The position numbers and the translations under genes were made by a program. The notes below the pieces were generated by a model. It saw only the letters and a list, made by a program, of their open reading frames with translations. It did not search any database and was not told the origin of the DNA. 64,000 bases of DNA from Dipteris shenzhenensis (Eukaryota): the NCBI GenBank assembly GCA_047967505.1, contig CM106538.1, one strand, 5' to 3'. Positions 1-13,212 of this stretch are shown piece by piece (positions within the stretch are counted from its first letter, which is position 1; every line of letters begins with the position of its first letter).

Positions 1-434
1 GTCGCTGCCTATTCAAGTCTCCAATGTCAACCATTACAGGTGCTGGCTTGGGCCTGTTTGTGCATGGCTCCATCAAGAGAGGGACTACTATTCTCCATTA
101 TGGAGGTGACAAGTACTCCTACAGAGACTGGAAGGAATTATGTAGAGTTCATCCAAGGCTAAAGAAGTACTCTATCCAAGAGGACCCTACTGTCCCTATG
201 AAGGATATGGTGCATATTATTGGTGATGTTCAATATGGCAATGTGGCAGGATTTATTAACAACAATAGAAATACCAATGTAAAGCCAAATGTTTGTTATG
301 TATTTTCCCCTGATGTTCCACCTTGGTATGACCCCATGATGAACATAGATATTGCAGAATAAGGTCACATTTGTATTGAATCCATAGATGATATACATGC
401 AGGAGAGGAGCTATTTGCAGACTATGAGTTTTGA
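1..434 (+). pseudogene. SET-domain (lysine methyltransferase-like) ORF remnant with one premature stop; 5' end runs off the window
   Basis: ORF 24..362 has STITGAGLGLF and GNVAGFINNN..KPNV. Reading through TAA at 360-362 in frame gives GHICIESIDDIHAGEELFADYEF* (TGA 432-434), the SET C-terminal 'DI.AGEEL..DY' motif. Confidence 0.85.
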
Positions 435-453
435 ATAACAACATTGTATTTCT

Positions 454-3400
454 AGTCAGTTGATTTCACAGTAGTAAATGAGCAGACTACGGAAGATTTG
501 TGGAAGAAACTGTGTGCCACTTATGAAAAGGAAACTGCCTCTAATAAAGTTTACCTCATGAAGAGGTTGTTTGAGCTATAGCTAAAGGAAGGGGTCTCCA
601 TTGCTTCTCACTTGAATGAATTCAATATAATTTTCAGCTAGCTTCCGGCTCAGAAGATGAATTTTGATGCTGAGACAGGCAATATTTCTCTTATGTTCAT
701 TGCCATCCTCATGGGATACCTTCCGTACAGCTGTCAGTAACTCTGCACCTGGTGGAGTACTGAAATTTGATGATGTTGTGGGTAGTTTGTTGGCCGAGGA
801 GATTAGACGGAAATCTATGGACGGCAACAAGCAGGATGCAGCGTTAAATGTGCAAAGGGGTAGATCACAGTTCAGGGGGAAGTCCCAAGAAAGAGGGAAG
901 TCTCGTAGCAAATCCAAGGCATGGAACATTGAGTGTTACCACTATGGCAAGAAGGGCCATATGAAAAAGGATTGCTACAAGCTAAAAAGAGAGCAAAAGG
1001 ATAAGAAAAAGAATGCAAATTAGGGTGCAAATCAAAAGGAAGAGATTCCAAGGGAGGACAAAGGAAAAGTGAAGATCGAGGAGATCAATGCAGTCACACA
1101 TGATAGTGACAATGACGTTCTCTTCATGTCTAGTTTATCTACAGAGTTGCTTACCACTTTAGATGATGCATATTCCCAAGATTGGATTTTGGATTCTGGT
1201 GCTTCATTCCATGTTAGTCCCCATAGGGAATGGTTCTCCACTTATGACAGTGGAAAGACAGGTTGTGTGCATCTTGGAAATGACTATGCATGTGACATTG
1301 TGGGAGTAGGTGACATAAAGTTTTCTTTTGCAAATGGGTCTGCATTTATTTTGAAACATGTGAGACATGTGCCTAAGTTGACCAAGAGTCTTATTTCAGT
1401 GGATCAGCTAGATGATGCTAGTTTTCACACCACTTTTGGCTTTCAGAGTTGGAAAATTCAGAAGGGCTCTATGCTTTTGGCCAGGGGTGCCAAGTGTGGG
1501 ACTTTGTATCCCTTACATGTATCAGGGGTATTTGATCATGTTGTTGCAATAACCGAGCAGCCAAGCACTTCTTTGTGGCATTGCAGGTTGTGGCACATGA
1601 GCTAGAATGGAATGAAACTCTTATGCCATTTGGGTTATGTACCACATTTGAGTTTCTCTGATTTTGAATTTTGTGAGCACTATCTCTATGGGAAGCAGAC
1701 TAAATCAGCCCATAAAAGAAGGGGAAAGAAAGAGTTTGAAAAGCTTGATTTGATGCATTCAGACGTATGTGGTCCCATACCTACACAGTCATTAGGTGGG
1801 GCTGAATACTATGTGACATTCATTGATGATGCAATTAGGAAAGTGTGGGCTTATGCTATAGCTCAGAAGAGTGATGTATTCCAGGTATTTCAAAAATGGT
1901 TGGCCTTGGTTGAGAATTAGTCAGGTAGAATGCTTAAATGCCTATGGACTGACAATGGTGGAGAGTATCTCTCTCATGACTTTTAACATTTCTGTGATAC
2001 ACGTGGGATTAAGAGGGAGCTCACATCCCCTCGTACTCCAGAGCAAAATTCAGTTGTAGAAAAGATGAACTGTACCATTCAAGAAATTTGCAATGCATGC
2101 TTTCCAATGCAAGTCTTTCTAGTGGTTTTTGGGCTGAGGCAATGAAGACTGCAGTGCATGTGATCAATAGATCACCTAGTAAGAGTTTGGATGGTGGTAT
2201 TCCTAAAGAGGCATGGAGTGGCAAGAAGCCCTCTTACCCTCATTTGCGTATATTTGGGTGTGAGGCATATGCACATGTGCCAAAAGAGCTTCGAAAGAAG
2301 CTAGATCCTAAGTCTAGGAAATGCATCTTTCTGGGTTATGGTGAAAGTGGAGAGATGGGCTATCGTCTCTGGGATCCAGAAGCAAAGAAGATCATACACA
2401 ACCATGATGTAGTCTTCAATGAGAAGAAGATGCATAAGGCACCCATGAGGGATGTGGAAATGAGGAGAATCACTTTCCAGGATGTGAATCCACCTGCATA
2501 TATTGATAGATAGCAAGTTGTCCATGCACCAAATGTGCAAGAAATGGTACCACCAAGTACTCCCACAGGTATACAATCAAGGGTAGATGATGGATCATCT
2601 ATTGGTGGAAATGATGAGCCAAATGTGGCTGATATGCAGGTGGGACAGCAAGCTAAAATGCCCTTGAGAAGATCATCTACAGTGTCCAGACCACCTGATA
2701 GGTTTGTTCCAGGGGTAGACTATGTGATGCTTACTGATTGCGGGGAGCCTTCTTGCTACAGAGAGGCTATGATGCGTGAGGATCAATGCAAGTGGGAGTT
2801 TGCTATGCAATCAGAGATGAGTTCACTTATGAAGAATAAGACTTGGGACTTAGTTTCTTTGCCACATGGAAAGAAAGCATTGCCATGTAAATGGGTCTAC
2901 AAAATGAAGGTAACAGGTGATGATGTGCCTAGGTACAAGGCCCATTTGGTCACTAAAGGGTTCAAGCAAGAGAAGGGTGTGGACTTTGATGAGATATTCT
3001 CTCTGGTTGTGACGATGACCACACTTAGATGCATGCTTGGACTAATGGCATCAGAGGATATGGAGCTTATGCAGATGGATGTCAAGACATCTTTCTTGCA
3101 TGGGGATTTGCATGAGGAAATTTACATGGTGTAGCCAGAAGGCTTTGAAGAAAAGGGCAAAGATCATTTAGTTTGCAAGCTGAAGAAGAGTCTCTATGGG
3201 CTTAAGCAAGCTCCTAGAGAATGGTATCAGAAGTTTGATGCTTTCATTCGGTCTCAGGGTTTTAGAAGGAGTGAAATTGATCACTACCTCTACACTAAAA
3301 CGGCTAAGGATAATCGCCTGATAATCTTGGCACTATATGTGGATGATATGCTATTGGCTAGCAAGAATACTTATGAGCTAGATGCATTAAAGGCCAAGCT

Positions 3401-4521
3401 GCATGAGGCCTTTGATATGAAGGATTTGGGACTTGCAGGTCATATTCTTGGTATGCGCATCATGCGTGATCGGAGTAGGAAACTCCTTTGGCTTTCACAA
3501 AAAGATTATGTTATAAAAGTATTGCAGCATTTCAATATGGAGGGGGGGAAGGCAGTGAGTACTCCATTGCCTCCATATGTGAAACTGAGTCATACAGATA
3601 GTCCCAAATCAGATGAGGAAAGGGCCATGATGGCCAAGGTTCCTTATGCATCAGCAGTTGGGAGTCTTATGTATGCTATGATAGCTACTAGACTAGACAT
3701 TGCATTTGTAGTGAGAGTTGTTAGCCGGTATATGGCTAATCCAGGAAAGAGGCATTGGGAGGCAGTTAAGTGCATCATGAGGTTCATGAAGGGTACCAAG
3801 GAGATGTGCATCTACTTTGGTAGAGGAGACATGTGTGTACTTGGGTACACAGATTCAGACTATGCATGGCATGTGGATAGTAGGAGATCCACTTCTGGTT
3901 ATGTGTTCACCTTTGCAGGTGGTGCAGTGTCGTGGATGTCTTGCACACAGAAAAGTGTTGCTTTGTCTACCACAGAGGCTAAGTATGTTACAGTCACAGA
4001 AGGTTGCAAGGAGGCTATATGGCTTGCTCAGCTAGTGGGAGATTTGGGGATTCATACAGGTGTACCGACATTGCATAGTGATTCCATGAGTGCTATTCAG
4101 CTAGCACAGAATCCGGTCTTTCATGCAAAGACCAAACACATTGAGGTTAGGTACCATTTCATCAGGAAGGTACTTGAGGACAAGCGCATAGAGCTTGTCA
4201 AGGTTCATACAGATGCTAACCCTGCAAATATGCTGACGAAGAGTCTACCTAGTCAGTGGTTTGAGTATTGTCATGTATTGATGGGCATTGGATAGTATGC
4301 TCACTAGTTGTTCTCCCTTAAAGGCAGTGCATTGTCCTTTAAGTGGGAGGTTGTGGGGGTTAAAGGTCACTGTGCCTTTACCTCGATTATGTACAATACT
4401 CAAACACATATATAAATGAATGAAAAAGAAGATTAGGGTGTTCTGCACGCACCAAAACTTGTGTGGCTCTCTGTTTCTCTCTCTCCCTCTTCCGTTCTTG
4501 CTTTCGTTTAGAGCACTCTCA
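454..4521 (+). mobile_element. Ty1/copia LTR retrotransposon copy 1: 5'-truncated (starts inside gag), many stops and frameshifts
   Basis: Fragmented gag, PR (WILDSGAS), INT (MHSDVCGP, FLGY), RT (YVDD) and RNase H in copia order. PPT aagtgggaggt at 4341-4351, then the 3' LTR. Confidence 0.95.
4352..4521 (+). repeat. 3' LTR of copia copy 1 (170 bp, TG..CA)
   Basis: TGTGGGGGTT...GCACTCTCA, matching the LTRs of the full-length copy at 26260-32179. Confidence 0.93.
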
Positions 4522-7500
4522 CTTCACTGCCTCCTAATGCCTCTTTCCTAGATTAGCCATATACCAGCTAACAACTCCCACTACAAATGCAATGTCTGGT
4601 CTAGTAGCTATCATGGCATACATAAGACTCCCAACTGCTGATGCATAAGGAACCTTGGCCATCATGGCCCTTTCCTCATCTGATTTGGGACTATCTGTAT
4701 GACTCAGTTTCACATATGGAGGCAATGGAGTACTCACTGTCTTCCCCCCCTCCATATTGAAATGCTGCAATACTTTTGTAACATACTCTTTTTCTAAAAG
4801 CCAAAGAAGTTTCCTACTCCGATCACGCATGATGCGCATACCAAGAATATGACCTGCAAGTCCCAAATCCTTCATATCAAAGGCCTCATGCAACTTGGCC
4901 TTTAATGCATCTAGCTCATAAGTATTCTTGCTAGCCAATAGCATATCATCCACATATAGTGCCAAGATTATCAGGCTATTATCCTTAGCCCTTTTAGTGT
5001 AGAGGTAGTGATCAATTTCACTCCTTCTAAAACCCTGAGATCGAATGAAAGCATTAAACTTCTAATACCATTCTCTAGGTGCTTGCTTAAGACCATAGAG
5101 ACTCTTCTTCAACTTGCAAACTAAATGTTCTTTGCCCTTTTCTTCAAAGCCTTCTGACTGCACCATGTAAATTTCCTCATGCAGATCCCCATGCAAGAAA
5201 GCTGTCTTGACATCCATCTGCATAAGCTCCATATCCTCTGCTGCCACTAGTCCAAGCATGCATCTAAGTGTGGTCATCTTCACAACCAGAGAGAATATCT
5301 CATCAAAGTCCACACCCTTCTCTTGCTTGAACCCTTTAGCAACCAAACAGGCCTTATACCTAGGCACATCATCACCTATGACCTTCATTTTATAGACCCA
5401 TTTACATGGCAATGCTTTCTTTCCATGTGGCAAAGAAACCAAGTCCCAAGTCTTATTCTTCATAAGTGAACTCATCTCTGATTGCATAGCATACTCCCAC
5501 ATGCGTTGATCCTTGCGCATCATAGCCTCTCTGTAGGAAGAAGGCTCCCCGCAATCAGTAAGCATCACATAGTCTACCCCTGGAACAAACCTGTCAGGCA
5601 GTCTAGACACTCTAGATGATCTTCTCAAGGGCATTTCAGCTTGCTGTCCCACCTGCATATTAGCCACATTTGGCTCATCATTTCCACCAATAGATGATCC
5701 GTCATCTACCCTTGATTGTATACCTGTGGGAGTACTTGGTGGTACCATTTCTTGCACATTTGGTGCATGGACAGCTTGCTATCTATCAACATATCCAGGT
5801 GGATTCACATCCTGGAAAGTGATTCTCCTCATTTCCACATCCCTCATGGGTGCCTTATGCATCTTCTTCTCATTAAAGACTACATCATGGCTGCATATGA
5901 TCTTCTTTGCTTCTGGATCCCAAAGACGATAGCCCATCTCTCCACTTTCACCATAACCCAGAAAGATGCATTTCCTAGACTTAGGATCTAGCTTCTTTCG
6001 AAGCTCTTTTGGCACATGTGCATATGCCTCACACCCAAATATATGCAAATGAGAGTAAGAGGGCTTCTTGCCACTCCATGCCTCTTTAGGAATACCACCA
6101 TCCAAACTCTTACTAGGTGATCTATTGATCACATGCACTGCAGTCTTCATTGCCTCAGCCCAAAAACCACCAAAAAGACTTGCATTGGAAAGCATGCATT
6201 GAAACCTTTCTTGAATGGTATGGTTCATCTTTTCTGCAACTGGATTTTGCTCTGGAGTATGAGGGGATGTGAGCTCCCTCTTAATCCCATGTGTATCACA
6301 GAAATGCTGAAAGTCATGAGAGAGATACTCTCCACCATTGTCAGTCCATAGGTATTTAAGCGTTCTACCTGACTGATTCTCAACCAAGGCCAGCCATTTC
6401 TAAAATACCTGGAACACATCACTCCTCCGAGCTATACCATAAGCCCACACTTTCCTAGTTGTATCATCAATGAATGTCACATAATATTCAGCCTCGCCTA
6501 ATGACCGTGTAGGCGTGGGACCACATATGTTTTAATGCACCAAATCAAGCTTTTCAAACTCTTTCTTTCCTCTTCTTTTATGGGCTGATTTAGTCTGCTT
6601 CCCATAGAGACAGTGCTCACAAAATTCAAAATCAGAGAAACTCAAATGCGGTACATAACCCAAATGGCATAAGAGTTTCATTCCATTTTGGCTCATGTGC
6701 CCCAACCTGAAATGCCACAAAGAAGTGCTTGGCTGCTCGGTTATTGCAACAACATGATCAAATACCCCTGATACATGTAAGGGATACAAACTCCCACACT
6801 TGGCACCCCTGGCCAAAAGCATAGAGCCCTTTTGAATTTTCCAACTCTGAAAGCCAAAAGTGGTGTGAAAACTAGCATCATCTAGCTGACCCACTGAAAT
6901 AAGGCTCTTGGTCAACTTAGGCACATGTCTCACATGTTTCAAAATAAATGCAGACCCATTTGCAAAAGAAAACTTTATGTCACCTGCTCTGACTATGTCA
7001 CATGCGTAGTCATTTCCAAGATGCACACAACCTCTCTTTCCACTATCATAAGTGGAGAACTATTCCCTATGGGGAGTAACATGGAATGAAGCACCAGAAT
7101 CCAAAATCTAATCTTGGGAATATGCATCATCTGAAGTGGTAAGCAACTCTGCAGATAAACTAGACATGAAGAGGACATCATTGTCACTATCATGTGTGAC
7201 TGCATTGATCTCCTCGATCTTCACCTTTTCTTTGTCCTCCCTTGGACTCTCTTCCTTTTGATTTACACCCCAATTCGCATTCTTTTTCTTGTCCTTTTGC
7301 TCTCTTTTCAGCTTGTAGCAATGATTTTTCATATGGCCCTTCTTGCCACAATGGTAACACTCAATGTTCCATGCCCTAGATTTGCTACGAGACTTCCCTC
7401 TTTCTTGGGACTTCCCCCTGAACTGTGATCTGCCCCTTTGCACATTTAAGGCTACATCCTGCTTGTTGCCATCCATAGACTTCCGTCTAACATCACCAAA

Positions 7501-8406
7501 TTTCAATACTCCACCAAGTGCAGAGTTAATGATAGCTATACAGAAGGTATCCCATGAGGATGGCAATGAACATAAGAGAAATATTGCCTTAGTCTCTGCA
7601 TCAAAATTCATCTTCTGAGCCTCAAGCTAGCTGAAAATAATATTGAATTCATTCAAGTGAGAAGCAATGGAGACCCCTTCCTTCATCTGTAGCTCAAACA
7701 ACCTCTTCATGAGGTAAACATTATTAGAGGCAGTTTTCTTTTCATAAGTGGCACACAGTTTCTTCCACAAATCTTCCGTAGTCTGCTCATTTACTACTGT
7801 GAAATAAACTGACTCTGCAAGATGAAGTCTAATAGTAGATTTTGCTAATGCATCCAACTCATTCCAATCATCCTCAGACATATTTGCAGGCTTAGCTTCA
7901 ATCCCTGCCAAGGGTTTAATCTGCTTCTTTTGAATAAGCACATCCCTTATTTGTTCTTTCCACAAAGAAAAGTTTGTCCCATCAAACTTTTTAATGCTAA
8001 AAAACTCCTTTTCAGACATGGAAGAGGATGCCATGATGCAAATGAAGCAAAAATCCCAAATGCTAGTGCCTACAAGAGAGAATCACACCAAATACCAGGT
8101 GCACCCAAATGTGTATGCCACAATAGAGTGAAATATCACCAAAACTCATGTCTCAAAGCATCTGACTCATGTGCATATACTATGCATCCATATGAGCAAA
8201 TCTGGCCCAAAAGAAAATGCCAACTGCAATGGTAATCCAAAATGCCAATAAGTGCCAAATGACTCAAGCATAAACACCATCCACTGGCATATGCATTAAT
8301 AATATCTCATCCAAGAGAGCATAGCACTATCAGTGCATCACCTGCAATGTGTCAAAGCTATCCCTCAGCATAAAATAGCATCCATGTGCAAAGCGTTCAT
8401 AAAAAT
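4522..8406 (-). mobile_element. Ty1/copia copy 2: LTR-less internal fragment (part of 5' UTR, gag, PR, INT, RT)
   Basis: ORFs 7627..8034 (gag N-terminus), 7108..7611, 6532..7026, 5779..6387, 5062..5757 and 4534..4965 are near-identical to copy 4. Both ends abut LTR termini of neighbouring copies. Confidence 0.93.
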
Positions 8407-8575
8407 TGAGAGTGCTCTCAACGGAAGCAAGAATGGAAGAAGGAGAGAGAGAGACAGAGAGCCACAAGTTTTGGTGATTGCAGAACCACCCTAATCTTCT
8501 TTTTCATTTATTTATATATGTGTTTGAGTATTGTACATAACCGGGGTAAAGGCACAGTGACCTTTAACCCTAACA
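8407..8575 (-). repeat. 3' LTR of copia copy 3
   Basis: TGAGAGTGCTCTCA...AACCCTAACA followed by the PPT complement acctcccactt. Confidence 0.9.
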
Positions 8576-11500
8576 ACCTCCCACTTAAAGGACAATGTGC
8601 CTTTAAGGGAGAACAACCAGTGAGCATACTATCCAATGCCCATCAATACATGACAATACTCAAACTGCTGACTAGGTAGACTCTTCGTCAACATATCTGC
8701 AGGGTTATCATCTGTATGAACCTTGACAAGCTCTATGCGCTTGTCCTCAAGTACCTCCCTAATGAAATGGTACCTGACCTCAATGTGTTTGGTCTTTGCA
8801 TGAAAGACCGGATTCCGTGCTAGTTGAATAGCACTCATGGAATCACTATGCAATGTCAGTACACCTGTATGAATCCCCAAATCTCCCACTAGCCGATCAA
8901 GCCATATAGCCTCCTTGCAACCCTCTGTGGCTACAACATACTCAGCCTCTGTGGTAGATAAAGCAATGCACTTCTGTGCGTGAGACATCCACGACACTGC
9001 ACCACCTGCAAAGGTGAACACATAACCAGAAGTGGATCTCCTACTATCCACATGCCCTGCATAGTCTGAATCTATGTACCCAAGTACACACATGTCTCCT
9101 TTACCAAAGCAGATGCACATCTACTTGGTACCCTTCATGTACCTCATGATGCACTTAACTGCCTCCCAATGCCTCTTTCCTGGATTAGCCATATACCGGC
9201 TAACAACTCCCACTGCAAATGCAATGTCTGGTCTAGTAGCTATCATAGCATACATAAGACTCCCAATTGCTGATGCATAAGGAACCTTGGCCATCATGGC
9301 CCTTTCCTCATCTGATTTGGGACTATCTGTATGACTCAATTTCACATATGGAGGCAATGGAGTACTCACTACCTTCCCCCCCTCCATATTGAAATGTTGC
9401 TATACTTTTGTAACATACTCTTTTTGTGAAAGCCAAAGGAGTTTCCTACTTCGATCACGCGTGATGCACGTACCAAGAATATGACCTGCAAGTCCCAAAT
9501 CCTTCATATCAAAGGCCTCATGCAACTTGGCCTTTAATGCATCTAGCTCATAAGTATTCTTGCTATCCAATAGCATATCATCCACATATAGTGCCAAGAT
9601 TATCAGGCTATTATCCTTAGCCCTTTTAGTGTAGAGGTAGTGATCTATTTCACTCCTTCTAAAACCCTGAGACCGAATGAAAGCATCAAACTTTTGATAC
9701 CATTCTCTAGGGGCTTGCTTAAGACCATAGAGACTCTTCTTCAGCTTGCAAACTAAATGCTCGTTGCCCTTTTCTTCAAATCCTTCCGACTGCACCATGT
9801 AAATTTCCTCATGCAAATCCCCATGCAAGAAAGCTGTCTTGACATCCATCTGCATAAGCTCCATATCCTCTAATGCCACTAGTCCAAGCATGCATCTAAG
9901 TGTGGTCATCTTCACAACCGGAGAGAATATCTCATCAAAGTCCACACCCTTCTCTTGCTTGAACCCTTTAGCGACCAAACGGGCCTTGTACCTAGGCACA
10001 TCATCACCTGTGACCTTCATTTTGTAGACCCATTTACATGGCAATGCTTTCTTTCCATGTGGCAAAGAAACCAAGTCCCAAGTCTTATTCTTCATAAGTG
10101 AACTCAGCTTTGATTGCATAGCATACTCCCACTTGCATTGATCCTCATGCATCATAGCCTCTCTGTAGCAAGAAGGCTCCCCGCAATCAGCAAGCATCAC
10201 ATAGTCTACCCTTGGAACAAACCTATCAGGTGGTCGATGATCTTCTTAAGGGCATTTCAGCTTGCTGTCCCACTTGCATATCAGCCACATTTGGCTCATA
10301 ATTTTTACCAATAGATGATCCATCATCTACCCTTGATTGTATACCTGTGGGAGTACTTGGTGGTACCATTTCTTGCACATTTGGTGCATGGACAACTTGT
10401 TGTCTATCAACATATGCAGGTGGATTCACATCCTAGAAAGTGATTCTCCTCATTTCCACATCCCTCATGGGTGCCTTATGCATCTTCTTCTCATTGAAGA
10501 CTACATTATGGCTACGTATGATCTTCTTGGCTTCTGGATCCCAGAGACGATAGCCCATCTCTCCACTTTCACCATAACCCAGAAAGATGCATTTCCTAGA
10601 CTTAGGATCTAGCTTCTTTCGAAGCTCTTTTGGCACATGTGCATATGCCTCACACCCAAATATACGAAATGAGAGTAAGAGGGCTTCTTGCCACTCCATG
10701 CCTCTTCAGGAATACCACCATCCAAACTCTTACTAGGTGATCTATTGATCACATGCACTACAGTCTTCATTGCCTCAGTCCAAAAACCACTAGAAAGACT
10801 TGCATTGGAAAGCATGCATTGAAACCTTTCTTGAATGGTACGGTTCATCTTTTCTACAACTGGATTTTGTTCTGGAGTACGAGGGGATGTGAGCTCCCTC
10901 TTAATCCCACGTGTATCATAGAAATGCTGAAAGTCATGAGAGAGATACTCTCCACCATTGTCAGTCCGTAGGCATTTAAGCGTTCTACCTGACTGATTCT
11001 CAATCAAGGCCAGCCATTTCTAAAATACATGGAACACATCACTCTTCCGAGCTATAGCATAAGCCCACACTTTCCTAGTTGCATCATCAATGAATGTCAC
11101 ATAGTATTCAGCCCCGCCTAATGACCGTGTAGGCATGGGACCACATACGTCTGAATGCACCAAATCAAGCATTTCAAACTCTTTCTTTCCCCTTCTTTTA
11201 TGGGCTGATTTAGTCTGCTTCCCATAGAGACAATGCTCACAAAATTCAAAATGAGAGAAACTCAAATGCGGTACATAACCCAAATGGCATAAGAGTTTCA
11301 TTCCATTCTGGCTCATGTGCCCCAACCTGCAATGTCACAAAGAAGTTCTTGGCTGCTCGGTTATTGCAACAACATGATCAAATACCCCTGATACATGTAA
11401 GGGATACAAAGTCCCACACTTGGCACCCTTGGCCAAAAGCATAGAGCCCTTTTGAATTTTCCAACTCTGAAAGCCAAAAGTGGTGTGAAAACCAGCATCA

Positions 11501-13010
11501 TCTAGCTGACCCACTGAAATAAGACTCTTGGTCAACTTAGGCACATGTCTTACATGTTTAGAAATAAATGCAGACCCATTTGCAAAAGAAAACTTTATGT
11601 CACCTACTCCCACTATGTCACATGCATAGTCATTTCCAAGATGCACACAACCTATCTTTCCACTTTCATAAGTGGAGAACCATTCCGTATGGGGAGTAAC
11701 ATGGAATGAAGCACCAAAATCCAAAATCCAATCCTAGGAATATGCATCATCTGAAGTGGTAAGCAACTCTGTAGATAAACTAGACATGAAGAGAACGTCA
11801 TTGTCACTATCATGTGTGACTGCATTGATCTCCTCGATCTTCACTTTTCCTTTGTCCTCCCTTGGACTCTCTTCCTTCTTATTTGCACCCCAATTTGCAT
11901 CCTTTTTCTTATCCTTTTGCTCTCTTTTCAGCTTGTAGCAAATTTTTTTCATATGGCCCTTCTTGCCATAGTGGTAACACTCAATGTTCTGTGCCCTGGA
12001 TTTGCTACGACACTTCCCTCTTTCTTGGGACTTCCCCCTGAACTGTGATCTGCCCCTTTGCACATTTAAGGCTGCATCCTGCTTGTTGCCATCCATAGAC
12101 TTCCATCTAATCTCCTCGGCCAACAAGCTACCCACAACATCATCAAATTTCAGTACTCCACTAGGTGCAGAGTTACTAACAGCTGTACGGAACGTATCCC
12201 ATGAGGATGGCAATGAACTTAAGAGAAATATTGCCTTAGTCTCCACATCAAAATTCATCTTCTGAGCCTGAAGCTGGCTGAAAATAATATTGAATTCATT
12301 CAAGTGAGAAGCAATGGAGACCCCTTCCTTCATCTGTAGCTCAAACAACTTCTTCATGAGGTAAACTTTATTAGAGTAGTTTCCTTCTCATAAGTAGCAC
12401 ACAGTTTCTTCCACAAATCTTCCGTAGTCTGCTCATTTACTACTGTGAAATAAACTGACTCTGCAAGATGAAGTCTAATAGTAGACTTTGCTAATGCATC
12501 CAACTCATTCCAATCATCCTCAGACATATTTGCAGGCTTAGCTTCAATCCCTGCCAAGGGTTTAATCTGCTTCTTTTGAATAAGCACATCCCTTATTTGT
12601 TCTTTCCACAAAGAAAAGTTTGTCCCATTAAACTTTTTAATGCTGAAAAACTCCTTTTCAAACATGGAAGAGGATGCCATGATGCAAATGAAACAAAATC
12701 CCAAATGCTAGTACCTGCAAGAGAGAATCACACCAAATACTAGGTGCACCCAAATGTGTATGCCACAATAGAGTGAAATATCACCAAAACTCAAAGCTCA
12801 AAGCATCGAAAGATGCATCTGACTCATGTGCATATACTATGCATCCATATGAGCAAATCGGGCCCAAAATAAAATGCCAATAAGTGCCAAATAACTCAAG
12901 CATAAACATCGTCCACTGGCATATGCATCAATAATATCTCATCCAAGAGAGCATAGCACTATCAGTGCATCACCTACAATGTGTCAAAGCTGTCCCTCAG
13001 CATAAAAAAT
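8407..13010 (-). mobile_element. Ty1/copia copy 3: 3' LTR present, truncated in the 5' UTR
   Basis: LTR 8407-8575, PPT just inside it, and a degenerate gag-pol at 8629..12704. Homology to copy 4 ends near 13010. Confidence 0.94.
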
Positions 13011-13212
13011 ACTCATTCTTATGAGCCAATGCTACCAAGCATGGTTTTGTCAAGTCAAAATCATTCACTGAAAATTCATCCTCAATATGGACAACTATAT
13101 TAGGGCCCAGCTCCTGCAACCTTCTATGTATCTGCAGCTCCCTCTTTCCAGTCTCCACATCTATAACAGATTTTGTTTCTTTTATTTGTTGCTTCACTAA
13201 CTCCTCATAAGC
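13007..13212 (-). pseudogene. Short coding-like fragment of unknown family between copia copy 3 and the satellite
   Basis: Open frame ..KQQIKETKSVIDVETGKRELQIHRRLQELGPNIVVHIEDEFSVNDFDLTKPCLVALAHKNEYF with protein-like composition; abrupt junctions on both sides. Confidence 0.35.
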
